Below are positions 36,219 to 45,531 of a stretch of DNA of 64,000 nucleotides, piece by piece. Source of the DNA: Candidatus Iainarchaeum sp. (GTDB lineage Archaea; Iainarchaeota; Iainarchaeia; Iainarchaeales; UBA10219). The stretch's first letter is position 1. The number at the start of each line of letters is the position of its first letter. Under the pieces are notes generated by a model that made no database searches, had not been told where the DNA came from, and worked only from the letters and a program-made list of their open reading frames with translations. The position numbers were made by a program, and so were the translations under genes. The stretch is taken from positions 67,175 through 131,174 of the forward strand of contig JAGVWE010000006.1 in assembly GCA_018304425.1 (NCBI GenBank). The letters run 5' to 3'.

Positions 36219-37109
36219 TTACTCTTTAAAGCAGCGCTCAACTAAGGCGATTTCCTTTTTGCCGCCCACGTAGAGCGGCACTCTCTGCGACAATTGGGTG
36301 GGCAAAACCTCTAAAACCTTTTGCATGCCGGTGCTGGCATCCCCGCCAGCGGCCAGGCAAAGGAAGGCGAGGGGCGCGCACTCGAAGAGGAGGCGCAGCT
36401 TGCCCTGCGGGGCCTCCCGGGTGGCAGGATAGGTAAAGAGGCCGCCGTAGTGCAGGATTTGGTTGAAGTCCGCGACAAAGCTGCCCGAAAACCGTATCTT
36501 ATAGCCCTGGGCTTCCAGGCCCTCGATGAACCGCGCATGCGCCGGCAGGTACTCGGATTTCGCCCCCCCCGGCCCGAAAATCTTCTTGGAACCCAGGCGC
36601 AGGTTCTCCTCGCGCAAGCGGAACTTGCCTTTGGGGTCGGCCACGAACTCGTGCACGCCGCCGGCGCCCGCCACGCAGTACACGAAGGTAGTGAGGGGAC
36701 CGTAGAGGATATAGCCCGCGGCGAGCAGGTCTCTTCCGGGCTTCCGAACCGAGTCCTTGTGGACGCCGAAAATGGTGCCCACCGCGAGGTTGGTTTCAAT
36801 GCAGCTGCTGCCGTCCAGGGGGTCCATGCAGACCGCGAACGGCCCTCCCCCGCCTTCCACGACCTCGGCTTGTTCCTCGGAAGCGATTTCCCGGGTCAAC
36901 CGGCTTTCCTTCAGGGCCGCGATGAAGTGGGCATCGGCCCACTTGTCAAGCTCCATTTGCTGCTCACCGTACACGTTGCGGGTGTCGGACAGGCCCTCTA
37001 CCTGGAGGAACGCCTGGCGCACGGCCAGCCCCTCGCGCGCGAACAACTGGATGAGGCGCGCGAGCTTCGCGGGGACGTTCTGCTTCTTCAGGTGCTCGGA
37101 CAACTCCAT
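36219..37109 (-). CDS. fbp: class 1 fructose-1,6-bisphosphatase
   Basis: DPLDGSS metal-binding motif, GKLRLLFECAPLAFL...GG; start placed at MELSEHL (could be further upstream). Confidence 0.75.
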   Translation of the reverse strand: MELSEHLKKQNVPAKLARLIQLFAREGLAVRQAFLQVEGLSDTRNVYGEQQMELDKWADAHFIAALKESRLTREIASEEQAEVVEGGGGPFAVCMDPLDGSSCIETNLAVGTIFGVHKDSVRKPGRDLLAAGYILYGPLTTFVYCVAGAGGVHEFVADPKGKFRLREENLRLGSKKIFGPGGAKSEYLPAHARFIEGLEAQGYKIRFSGSFVADFNQILHYGGLFTYPATREAPQGKLRLLFECAPLAFLCLAAGGDASTGMQKVLEVLPTQLSQRVPLYVGGKKEIALVERCFKE

Positions 37110-37122
37110 TGCTTTCCCGCCT

Positions 37123-38406
37123 TCACTGGCCGACGCCGTAATACTCGAAGCCCGCGGCCTCGACTTGCTTGCGCGAGTAAAGGTTGCGGCCGTCAACGAT
37201 TACCCGGCCATTCATCAGGGCTTTTACCTTCCGAAAATCGATTTCCTTGAACTCGTTCCACTCGGTCAACACCAACAGGGCGTCCGCCCCCTGCGCGCAG
37301 TCGTACACGGACTCGCAGTACGTGATGCCAGTCAACACCTTCTTCGCGGCCTCCTCGGCCACGGGGTCCATGGCCGAAACCAGGGCGCCCTTTGCCTTCA
37401 GGGCCCGGATGACTTCCAAGGAAGGGGCCTCCCGCAGGTCATCGGTGTTGGGCTTGAACGCCAGGCCCAAAACCCCTATCCGCCTCCCTTTAAGGCTTCC
37501 CAGGGCCTTCTCTAGTTTCCGGACGGCCAAGGTTTTCTGCAGGCGGTTGACTTCCTCAACCCCCTTCAAAATCCGGAAGTCATAGCCGGCCTTTTCCGCG
37601 GTCTTGGCCAGGGCCTTCACGTCCTTGGGAAAACAACTGCCCCCATAGCCAACCCCCGCGTTCAAAAAAGCGGGCCCGATTCTCGCGTCCAGGCCCATGC
37701 CTTCCGCGACTTTTTTCACGTCCGCCCCGACCAGGTCACAGACGTTGGCAATCTCGTTGATGAAGGAAATCTTCGTCGCGAGGAAAGCGTTGCTGGCGTA
37801 CTTGATGAGCTCGGCGGACTTGACGTCGGTGAAAATCATTTTTGCGCCGAGGGGCGCGTAGATTTCGCGCATGCGCTTCTCGGCCGCCACTGAACCGTTG
37901 CCGATGACGACCCGGTCCGGCTTCATGAAGTCGTTGATGGCCGAGCCCTCGCGGAGGAACTCCGGGTTGGACACGACGTCGAACTCGCCCGCGTAAAACT
38001 TTGTCACGGTGTCCCTGACGAGGCTGCCGGTTCCAACCGGGACCGTGCTCTTGTTCACGATGACCTTGTAGCCGTTCATGTTTTTCCCGATTTCTTCGGC
38101 GACCTGGATGACGAACCGGAGGTCGGCGTCGCCGTCCACGGACTCCGGCGTTCCAACGGCGATGAAAACGACGTCCGACTTTTCCACGGCCCCTCCGAGG
38201 TCCAAGCTGAAGGAAAGCCTCCCGGCCTTCGCGTTTTTTTCCACCAGTTCCTGGAGGCCGGGCTCGTAGATGGGAATAACTCCCCGGCGAAGGGATTCGA
38301 TTTTTTCCTTGACCGCGTCCACGCAAACGACTTCGTGGCCCAACTCGCTGAGGCACGTGCCCAGGACCAGGCCGACATAGCCGCAACCCATGACCGCAAT
38401 CCGCAT
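37123..38406 (-). CDS. ugd: UDP-glucose 6-dehydrogenase
   Basis: MRIAVMGCGYVGLV N-terminus, GGSCFPKD catalytic Cys motif. Confidence 0.85.
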   Translation of the reverse strand: MRIAVMGCGYVGLVLGTCLSELGHEVVCVDAVKEKIESLRRGVIPIYEPGLQELVEKNAKAGRLSFSLDLGGAVEKSDVVFIAVGTPESVDGDADLRFVIQVAEEIGKNMNGYKVIVNKSTVPVGTGSLVRDTVTKFYAGEFDVVSNPEFLREGSAINDFMKPDRVVIGNGSVAAEKRMREIYAPLGAKMIFTDVKSAELIKYASNAFLATKISFINEIANVCDLVGADVKKVAEGMGLDARIGPAFLNAGVGYGGSCFPKDVKALAKTAEKAGYDFRILKGVEEVNRLQKTLAVRKLEKALGSLKGRRIGVLGLAFKPNTDDLREAPSLEVIRALKAKGALVSAMDPVAEEAAKKVLTGITYCESVYDCAQGADALLVLTEWNEFKEIDFRKVKALMNGRVIVDGRNLYSRKQVEAAGFEYYGVGQ

Positions 38407-38425
38407 GAAATGACACCCAATTAGC

Positions 38426-38463
38426 AAAGGTATAGCCATTTTGAGGCAAAATACCTTTAAATA
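38426..38463. promoter_or_regulatory. 8-bp inverted repeat AAAGGTAT-N17-ATACCTTT overlapping a tttaaata TATA box in the ugd / RHH-NTase divergent promoter
   Basis: 38426-38433 vs 38451-38458; TATA-like 38456-38463. Confidence 0.45.
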
Positions 38464-38494
38464 TGTGATGGATGCATATAGTGTATGAGCTAGT

Positions 38495-39307
38495 ATGAGC
38501 AGGGAACGGGTTACGATTACCATCCGCAAGGACCTCCTGACCCAGGTGGACCGGCTAGTGGATGGGTCGACCATCCGGAGCCGGAGCCAGGCCATCGAGT
38601 CCCTGCTGAGCAAGCTGCTTTCCGAATTCCGGATAGGGCGGGCGCTCATCCTCGCGGGCGGGAAGAGCAAGCACTTCGCACCCGAGGAATCGCGGTTCCT
38701 GATGGAGCTACAGGGCAAGCCCCTCATCGAGCAGGTCATGAACGCCATCAACAGCTTTCACATCAGCAATTTCCTGGTGTATGTCGACGGGTTCAACCGC
38801 AAGGCCATCGACGTGCTGGGCGCGCGCCGGCTGCCCTATCACGTGGACTTCCTGACCGAAGGGGAATCGAAGGGGACCATCGCCCCACTGCTCAAGGCCA
38901 GGCCCCAATTGAAGGAAACCTTCCTGGTGTCCTATGGGGATACCATCTGCTCGCTGAACCTCCACGACATGCTGGCACTCCACAAACAGAACAAGGCGCT
39001 CGCGACCATCGCCCTGACAACCGTGAGCAACCCGAAGGACTATGGGGTCGTGATGCTGCAGGGCGGGAAGGTCAGCGAGTTCATCCAGAAACCGGAACAG
39101 GAAGCCAAGAGCTACCTCATCAACGCCGGCTACTTCCTCTTCGAGCCGCAGATTTTCGACTACCTCACCCCGAAGATGACCAGCCTGGAGAACGAGTTGT
39201 TCCCCTTGCTGGCGCAAAAGGGGCTGTTATACGGGTATCCCTTCCAGGGCAAGTACCTGAACGTGAACACCCCGGCCGAGCTGGAACGGGCGGAAATGCT
39301 GCTGTGA
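38495..39307 (+). CDS. ribbon-helix-helix (CopG/NikR-like) domain fused to a sugar-nucleotidyltransferase-like domain
   Basis: N-terminal ERVTITIRKDLLTQVDRLV...RSRSQAIESLLSKLL RHH pattern; residues ~55-270 NTP-transferase fold with degenerate GGKSK instead of GxGTRL. Confidence 0.55.
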   Translation: MSRERVTITIRKDLLTQVDRLVDGSTIRSRSQAIESLLSKLLSEFRIGRALILAGGKSKHFAPEESRFLMELQGKPLIEQVMNAINSFHISNFLVYVDGFNRKAIDVLGARRLPYHVDFLTEGESKGTIAPLLKARPQLKETFLVSYGDTICSLNLHDMLALHKQNKALATIALTTVSNPKDYGVVMLQGGKVSEFIQKPEQEAKSYLINAGYFLFEPQIFDYLTPKMTSLENELFPLLAQKGLLYGYPFQGKYLNVNTPAELERAEMLL

Positions 39308-39370
39308 AATAGCCAAGCACCAAGGGAGGAAGGAAAGTATTTATAGTTCGTATACACTATAATATATTGT

Positions 39371-39907
39371 ATGACAAATAGGCTGGTGGTATCGGACAGC
39401 AGTTCGCTGATCCTTGCCACGAAGGCCGCGGTCCTGCAAACGCTGTGCATGTGCTTCGCAGTCCAAATCCCTGAAGCCGTATTCGAGGAAACCGTGGAAG
39501 CGGGCAAGCGCGCTGGAAAAGCGGATGCGTTAAGGATCGAAGAAGCCGTCGAAACCGGAAGAATAAAGGTCGCAAAAGTTGCGGCGCTAAAGGACAAAAA
39601 AATCGAAAAATGGCTGAAAGAACTCTGCCTGGGTGAAGGTGAAGAACAGGCCCTCAAGCTCTGCCTGCAAGTGAAAGCCAATCTCTTTCTGGTCGATGAC
39701 CGCCAAGCTATCAACGCGGCGAAACTGCTGGAAATAAATTGGTCGACGTTGCCGGGCTTGATCGTGGGCCTCGCCGAAAAAAACAGGCTGGCGCCAGAGA
39801 AGGCATTGGATGCCCTCCGCGTCCTCCAGGAAGAAGGAAGATATAAGCTGGATTTCATCCTCGACGCATTCAAAAAAATCGAAGCATTGAAGGAGGCGAA
39901 AAAATGA
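39371..39907 (+). CDS. COG2405/DUF3368 PIN-like nucleic-acid-binding protein
   Basis: LVVSDSSSLILATKA N-terminus typical of DUF3368; followed by UPF0175 partner. Confidence 0.5.
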   Translation: MTNRLVVSDSSSLILATKAAVLQTLCMCFAVQIPEAVFEETVEAGKRAGKADALRIEEAVETGRIKVAKVAALKDKKIEKWLKELCLGEGEEQALKLCLQVKANLFLVDDRQAINAAKLLEINWSTLPGLIVGLAEKNRLAPEKALDALRVLQEEGRYKLDFILDAFKKIEALKEAKK

Positions 39908-40218
39908 AGACCCAACTGGTTTCGGTAAGGCTCCCTGAAGAGGACCTCAAGATAATCGAACAAAAGACCAAGGAAGAAAAAATGGCTAAAACCACGGCTT
40001 TGAAGCAGATGCTGGCTCTTGGCATCAAGCAATACCAACTCGCAAGAGCCGTCGAAAGATACGGGCGGGGAAAGACCAGCCTCGGCAAGGCCGCCGAAGA
40101 AGCCGGTCTCACAGTATGGGAAATGATGGACTGCCTCAAGGAAAAAGGCGTGCCCAACCCCCTCACCGCCGAAGACTTTCGACAAAGCCGCAAAAACCTC
40201 GAAAAGGCGTTGCAGTAA
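39904..40218 (+). CDS. UPF0175-family protein (antitoxin-like partner of DUF3368)
   Basis: ...LGKAAEEAGLTVWEMMDCLKEKGVP HTH-like UPF0175 signature. Confidence 0.5.
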   Translation: MKTQLVSVRLPEEDLKIIEQKTKEEKMAKTTALKQMLALGIKQYQLARAVERYGRGKTSLGKAAEEAGLTVWEMMDCLKEKGVPNPLTAEDFRQSRKNLEKALQ

Positions 40219-40410
40219 CCGATTGAATGGAACCCCGCCTACCGCGCAAAATGACTATTCATTTTTATCTGGCTTCCACTAACATTAAAGAAATAGCTAA
40301 TAAACACATTATAAGGCATTAAAATAATTAAACACGCAGCCTAAATCCGTCCAATTGCCTTAAGAGGCAATTTTAATAGGTTACTGGCCATAAACTTCTG
40401 GAGGCGACAG

Positions 40411-40602
40411 ATGATGAAATCCGTGGAGAAATCGTTCCTTGCAGATGCGCTGAAAGCGTACGAAAACGGCCAGCTTACGCTCTGGCGAGCCGCAAAAAAG
40501 GCCGGCCTGTCCTTGTGGGAGATGATGGACGAATGCCAGCGCAAACAGGCTCAGGTGCCTTATTCGGTCAAAGACTTCGCAGAAGACATGGGGAAAGCAT
40601 GA
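40411..40602 (+). CDS. second, short UPF0175-family protein
   Basis: LWRAAKKAGLSLWEMMDECQRK paralogous to 39904 gene. Confidence 0.45.
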   Translation: MMKSVEKSFLADALKAYENGQLTLWRAAKKAGLSLWEMMDECQRKQAQVPYSVKDFAEDMGKA

Positions 40603-41306
40603 TTCACAAGGCATTCATCCTCGCCGGCGGCAAGGGGGAACGGTTGAGGCCCCTGACGGATGAAACGCCCAAGCCCATGCTGGAGGTCTCCGGCAAGCCC
40701 ATCCTCCAGCATGCCATCGACTGGCTGGAATACCATGGCGTGCAGGAAATCGTGTTAGGCGTGGGCTACCAGCACGAAAAAATCATGCACTACTTTGGCA
40801 ACGGCCGGCCGTCGGGCGCGAGGATAACCTACAGCGTGGAAGGAAAACCCCTGGGCACCGGGGGCGCGGTCAAGGCCGCCCAGGAAATGCTGGGCAAAGA
40901 GCCATTCATCATGCTGAACGGCGACAACCTGATGGACGTCGATTACCGGAAAATGGCGGCAGTCCACGAAAAAAACAAGGCGCTGGCCACGATTGCCCTG
41001 GTGGAAGTCAAGGACGTGACCGGTTACGGCGTGGCCCGGCTCCAGGGAGAAAAAATAACAGAGTTCGTGGAAAAACCCGCGCCTGGCCTGGAGCCCAGCA
41101 AGCGCATCAATGCCGGCTGCTATGTCCTGGAACCCAAAGCCCTGGACTTCATCCCCGACGGCTTTTCCCTGATTGAAAAAACCGCTTTTCCCGCGCTCGC
41201 CAAGAAAGGCCGGCTCTACGCGTTTTCCCATGTTGGACAATGGTTTCCCACCGACGACCCCCCGAAATGGGAGGCCGCGAAAAAGGCCTGGAAGCCACCG
41301 GTGTAA
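40599..41306 (+). CDS. sugar-1-phosphate nucleotidyltransferase (mannose/glucose-1-P family)
   Basis: MIHKAFILAGGKGERLRPLT; ORF table opens at 40515 but homology starts at ATG 40599. Confidence 0.75.
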   Translation: MIHKAFILAGGKGERLRPLTDETPKPMLEVSGKPILQHAIDWLEYHGVQEIVLGVGYQHEKIMHYFGNGRPSGARITYSVEGKPLGTGGAVKAAQEMLGKEPFIMLNGDNLMDVDYRKMAAVHEKNKALATIALVEVKDVTGYGVARLQGEKITEFVEKPAPGLEPSKRINAGCYVLEPKALDFIPDGFSLIEKTAFPALAKKGRLYAFSHVGQWFPTDDPPKWEAAKKAWKPPV

Positions 41307-41327
41307 GGAAGAGGCAAAGGTGAAAAC

Positions 41328-42452
41328 GTGGACAAACGCGTGGCAGGCGTCCTAGGCGCTTTCCTGGGCTTGCAGCTCCTGGCCTTGTTCCTGGGCCCGA
41401 CCGGTTACGTGGGCACGGACGGGGACGCGCACCTCCGCTACTACGAGTTCCTCGCCCAGGAAAAGCGGCACCCGGTCACGGCGGACTTCAAGGGCATGGC
41501 GGACCGCGAACTATTCCAGGTGCCCATCCTCTCCTACCTGCTGAACTACCCGGCCTGGGCGCTGGCAGGCTCGACCGGAGTCCGGTTCATGAACCTCGCG
41601 TGGACTGCGCTGGCCCTGCTGGTGTTCTGGCGTTTCGTGCTCAAAAGCCGCTGCAAAAAAAACAAGTGGCTGTGGCTGGCCCTGCCCTTGCTGGCCTTCC
41701 TCCCCCACACGGTTTTCTACGCGCAGGCGGTGGGCCCCGAAGCCGTGCTGCTGCTGGCCTCCGCCCTCTCCACGGCTTTCTTCCTGCGGTTCCTGGACGG
41801 CAAAGGCAACGCGGGACTGAACGGCCTCGCGACCGGCCTGCCCTTGCTCGTGAAATTGAATGGCCTGGCCTTGCCTGCCGCAGCCCTGCTTTATTTGGGC
41901 TGGCGTTACTGGAAAGACAAAAAACTACCTGCCCGAGTCAAGCCCTTCCTTGCCGGCATGCTGGTGGTAATCGCCTGGTTCTTCGCCAACAACCTCTACC
42001 ACTTCGGGAGGCTCATCCCGTTCGCGATGCCCTACACCCTGCGGCCACTGGCGAATTACCCGGCCTGCCTCCGGGAAACTCTGACCTCGTTCTGGGGCGG
42101 GCTGCCGGCCACGGAAACGCATCTCCCCCTACTGGCCGTCAAAGGCCTCCTGCTGCTGGTCCTGGGACTGGCCTTCCTCCGGTTCTTCCTGTCGAAGAAC
42201 CAGCAAAGGGGCTTCCCGGCCTGCGTGGCCCTGACCTCCCTGGGCTTGTACGCCTTCAACGCCTTGTTCGCCTCGGGCAGCGAGTGGTGCACGCACTCCC
42301 GTTACCTCATCCCCCTCTACCCCGTGCTCGCCCTCGTCGTCGTGCAAGGCCTTCGGCAGGACAAGCCCAAGCCCCGGCTGCTGCAGGCCTGGATGGGATT
42401 GCTTTTTATTAGTGCCGTGGTTGAAATTGCCTTGTTTGCCGCGTTCCGGTAA
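41328..42452 (+). CDS. polytopic membrane protein (GT-C-like)
   Basis: 374 aa, ~10 TM helices, in glycan cluster, followed by GT2. Confidence 0.5.
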   Translation: MDKRVAGVLGAFLGLQLLALFLGPTGYVGTDGDAHLRYYEFLAQEKRHPVTADFKGMADRELFQVPILSYLLNYPAWALAGSTGVRFMNLAWTALALLVFWRFVLKSRCKKNKWLWLALPLLAFLPHTVFYAQAVGPEAVLLLASALSTAFFLRFLDGKGNAGLNGLATGLPLLVKLNGLALPAAALLYLGWRYWKDKKLPARVKPFLAGMLVVIAWFFANNLYHFGRLIPFAMPYTLRPLANYPACLRETLTSFWGGLPATETHLPLLAVKGLLLLVLGLAFLRFFLSKNQQRGFPACVALTSLGLYAFNALFASGSEWCTHSRYLIPLYPVLALVVVQGLRQDKPKPRLLQAWMGLLFISAVVEIALFAAFR

Positions 42453-42460
42453 GTGAAACC

Positions 42461-43147
42461 ATGCCACCAGAGAAGGGACTCAGCGTCATCATCCCCTGCT
42501 TCAACGAGGAAGAAAACGTCGCGGAATGCGTGAACCGCGTGCCGGCCATGCCGTGGAAGACCGAGGTCATTGTGGTGGATGACGGCAGCATCGACGACAC
42601 CTCGGAAACCGCGCGCAAACTGAAGAAGCCCGGCCTCAAAGTCATCAGCTACAAGCCCAACAAGGGCAAGGGCTACGCGGTCCGCATGGGCATCGCCAAG
42701 GCAAGTCATGACGTGGTCGTCATCGTGGACGCGGACATGGCCACCATGCCCGAGGAAATCCCGGACGTGGTCAAGCCCATCATGGAAGGCAGGGCCGACT
42801 TCGTGAACGCCTCGCGCCTGGTCTACTCCATGGAAGCGGGGGCCATGAAATGGTTTCACGTGCCCGTGAACCACTTGTTCGCCTTCCTGGTCGGCTTGCT
42901 GGTGGGAGCGCGGCTGACGGACAGCCTGTGCGGGTTCAAGGCCTTCCGGAAAAGCATGCTATTCGAGCACCTGCAGGAAGACGGCTGGCCGGACTTCGAA
43001 ATGCTCATCCAGGCGGGAAGGAACGGCATGCGCGTAGTGGAGGTGCCCACCCATTACATGGCGCGGAGGAAAGGGGCCTCCAAGATGAAGAGCTTCCGCC
43101 ACGGCTTCGCCATGCTCTTGATGCTCTTGAAAGCGGTGTTCGAATGA
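42461..43147 (+). CDS. family 2 glycosyltransferase (DPM-synthase-like)
   Basis: LSVIIPCFNEEENV...VIVVDDGSIDDT...IVDADMAT. Confidence 0.8.
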   Translation: MPPEKGLSVIIPCFNEEENVAECVNRVPAMPWKTEVIVVDDGSIDDTSETARKLKKPGLKVISYKPNKGKGYAVRMGIAKASHDVVVIVDADMATMPEEIPDVVKPIMEGRADFVNASRLVYSMEAGAMKWFHVPVNHLFAFLVGLLVGARLTDSLCGFKAFRKSMLFEHLQEDGWPDFEMLIQAGRNGMRVVEVPTHYMARRKGASKMKSFRHGFAMLLMLLKAVFE

Positions 43148-43821
43148 GTTCGGTCAAGGAAGTGCAGGCGCACTTCGACGGCATCGCGAAAGACTACGAT
43201 TATTACAAGAAAAAGAACTGGTACTATTACCAGAACCTCAAGGAATTCTTTGCCGGGCTCATTCCCCCGGGTTCGAGCGTCCTCGAAATCGGCTGCGGCA
43301 CGGGCGCCCTCCTCCACCACGTCCGGCCGAAGAGGGGATTGGGCATCGATTCCAGCCGGGCCATGCTGGAGATTGCACGGAAACGGTTCCCCGAACTCGA
43401 GTTCCGGCAAATCCCCGCCGAAGAACTGCAGGGAAAAGAGAAATTCGATTACCTGGTGATGGCCGACGTCGTCGAACACCTGTCCAACCTCGAGCAGGCC
43501 CTGGCCAAGACCGCTGGCTGCTGCCGGAAGGGCTCGGTGCTGATCATCACTTCCATCAACCCGGTCTGGGAACCCATCCTGGACCTCGCCGAAAGGCTTG
43601 GCCTGAAAATGCCGGAAGGGCCGCATGACTGGCCGGGCCAGGAAAGGCTGCGGCAATTGCTGGAACGCCAGGGCTTCCAAGCCAGGAGCACGGGCTATCG
43701 GCTGCTCATACCCAAGCACGTGCCCTTCCTCTCGGATTACGCGAACAAGCACTTCGCGCGGGTGCCCTTCCTGCGGGGCCTGGGGGTCATCCAGTTCCTG
43801 GTGGCCGAATTCAAGCCATAG
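43144..43821 (+). CDS. class I SAM-dependent methyltransferase
   Basis: VLEIGCGTGAL motif I. Confidence 0.75.
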   Translation: MSSVKEVQAHFDGIAKDYDYYKKKNWYYYQNLKEFFAGLIPPGSSVLEIGCGTGALLHHVRPKRGLGIDSSRAMLEIARKRFPELEFRQIPAEELQGKEKFDYLVMADVVEHLSNLEQALAKTAGCCRKGSVLIITSINPVWEPILDLAERLGLKMPEGPHDWPGQERLRQLLERQGFQARSTGYRLLIPKHVPFLSDYANKHFARVPFLRGLGVIQFLVAEFKP

Positions 43822-43859
43822 GGTTTTATTCCATTCGCGGCTCAAATCAAGGGATTTCC

Positions 43860-44390
43860 ATGGACTTGAAAGCCTGCATCCGGAAGATCCCGGACTTCCC
43901 CAAGAAAGGCATCCTCTTCTACGACATCACGACCCTGTTAAAGGACCAGGCCGCGTTGAAGCACGTCATCGACCAGGTCTACGAGCACTACATCAAGAAA
44001 GAAGCGGCCCCCGCCAAAATCGTGGCCGTGGAAAGCAGGGGCTTCATTTTCGGCGCGGCCCTCGCCTACAAACTGCACGCCGGCTTCGTCCCCGTGCGGA
44101 AACCCGGCAAGCTGCCGGCCAAAACCCTGTCCACCAGTTACGCCCTCGAATACGGGAAGGACTCGATTTGCATGCACGAAGACGCCATCGTCCAAGGCGA
44201 GCGCGTGCTCATCGTGGACGACCTGCTCGCAACGGGGGGAACGGCCAAGGCCGCCATCGACTTGGTGGAAAAATGCGGCGGCAAAGTCATCGGCCTGGCC
44301 TTCGTCGTCGAACTCGGCTTCCTGCGGGGCCGCGAAAAACTCAAGGGATACGACGTGTTCTCGCTCGTCAACTACGTGAAAGAGGAATGA
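43860..44390 (+). CDS. apt: adenine phosphoribosyltransferase
   Basis: ...VLIVDDLLATGGTAKAA PRPP-binding motif; full-length APRT pattern. Confidence 0.85.
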   Translation: MDLKACIRKIPDFPKKGILFYDITTLLKDQAALKHVIDQVYEHYIKKEAAPAKIVAVESRGFIFGAALAYKLHAGFVPVRKPGKLPAKTLSTSYALEYGKDSICMHEDAIVQGERVLIVDDLLATGGTAKAAIDLVEKCGGKVIGLAFVVELGFLRGREKLKGYDVFSLVNYVKEE

Positions 44391-45172
44391 CCTTGATTGG
44401 CATCATCGGCGGCAGCGGCTTGTACGACCCGGAACTATTGGAAAACAAGAAGACCGTGAACGCGAAAACGCCGTACGGCAAACCCTCGGACAAGATAACT
44501 ACTGGCACCATCCAAGGCGTGAAGGTCGCGTTCCTGCCCCGCCACGGCGCGAAGCACACCCTGAACCCCAGCAACATCCCTTACCGGGCCAACATCTGGG
44601 CCCTGAAGAAACTCGGCTGCCGCCGAATCCTCGCGCCCTGCGCAGTGGGCTCGCTCCAGGAAGACGTGGAACCCGGGACCCTGGTGTTCCCCGACCAGTT
44701 CATTGACCGCACCTACAAGCGCGAAACCACGTTCTACGACAAAAAACGGGTCTGCCACATTTCGGTGGCGGAACCCTTTTGCGGCGAACTCCGCGAGCGC
44801 CTCGTCAAGTCAGCCATCCAACAGGACATCCCCTACCGCCGCGACGGCACGTATGTCTGCATCGAGGGGCCAAGGTTTTCCACCAAAGCCGAGTCAAGGC
44901 TTTACCGGGGCTGGGGCGCCCACCTCATCGGCATGACGCTCTGCCCCGAAGCCGTGCTGGCCCGGGAAGCCGAGCTATGCTATGCCCCCATCGCCATGAT
45001 AACGGATTACGACACCTTCAAGGAACAACCCGTGACCACCGAGGAAATCCTTTCCACGATGAAGGCCAATGTGGAAAAGGTCAAGAAACTCCTGCTCGAC
45101 GCCATCACGAAAATCCCCGCCGAGCGGGAGAAGTGCGGGTGCGGGAACGCGTTGAAGGGCGCACTCATCTAG
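44387..45172 (+). CDS. mtnP: S-methyl-5'-thioadenosine phosphorylase (PNP/MTAP family)
   Basis: IGIIGGSGLYD N-terminus, ...GMT..PEA..ARE... motifs; Cys-rich C-terminal tail (CGCGNAL) as in archaeal MTAPs. Confidence 0.8.
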   Translation: MTLIGIIGGSGLYDPELLENKKTVNAKTPYGKPSDKITTGTIQGVKVAFLPRHGAKHTLNPSNIPYRANIWALKKLGCRRILAPCAVGSLQEDVEPGTLVFPDQFIDRTYKRETTFYDKKRVCHISVAEPFCGELRERLVKSAIQQDIPYRRDGTYVCIEGPRFSTKAESRLYRGWGAHLIGMTLCPEAVLAREAELCYAPIAMITDYDTFKEQPVTTEEILSTMKANVEKVKKLLLDAITKIPAEREKCGCGNALKGALI

Positions 45173-45200
45173 GCCCATGGTCGGCTCCCATAGCCAAAGG

Positions 45201-45236
45201 TTTAAATAAACGTTAATAGTAACTCTAATATTAACG
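45201..45236. promoter_or_regulatory. TATA-like box plus 8-bp inverted repeat CGTTAATA-N10-TATTAACG upstream of RHH gene
   Basis: tttaaata 45201-45208; arms 45211-45218 / 45229-45236. Confidence 0.4.
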
Positions 45237-45255
45237 CCCGCGTGGGTGGAAAACA

Positions 45256-45531
45256 ATGAAGCAGTACGTCACGAATGTGGAGCCAGCCCTCATCAAGGAA
45301 GTCGACAAAATCGTCAAGAAGAAACAGCATTACAGTTCCCGCAACGAGTTCATCCGGGACGCCATCCGAAGCAAGGTGAAAGAACCACGGGCCATGAAAC
45401 TCCGGGAAGCGCTGAGAAAAATCAGAGAAACTGCATTGAAGCGGGGTTGGAATGGAGAGATGCCAACCAAAGCGGAACGCGAAAAAATCCTGCAAGAATT
45501 TCTGAAAGAAAAAGGTCTTTCACTCGATTAA
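45256..45531 (+). CDS. ribbon-helix-helix (CopG-like) DNA-binding protein
   Basis: ...KKKQHYSSRNEFIRDAIRSKV RHH beta-strand/helix pattern. Confidence 0.5.
   Translation: MKQYVTNVEPALIKEVDKIVKKKQHYSSRNEFIRDAIRSKVKEPRAMKLREALRKIRETALKRGWNGEMPTKAEREKILQEFLKEKGLSLD

Noticed and set aside
43625-45172. 515-aa ORF spanning the methyltransferase end, apt and mtnP
   Set aside because: The N-terminal 250 aa are an out-of-frame read-through of the methyltransferase and apt genes (Arg/Pro-rich junk). Only the part from ATG 44387 matches MTA phosphorylase.
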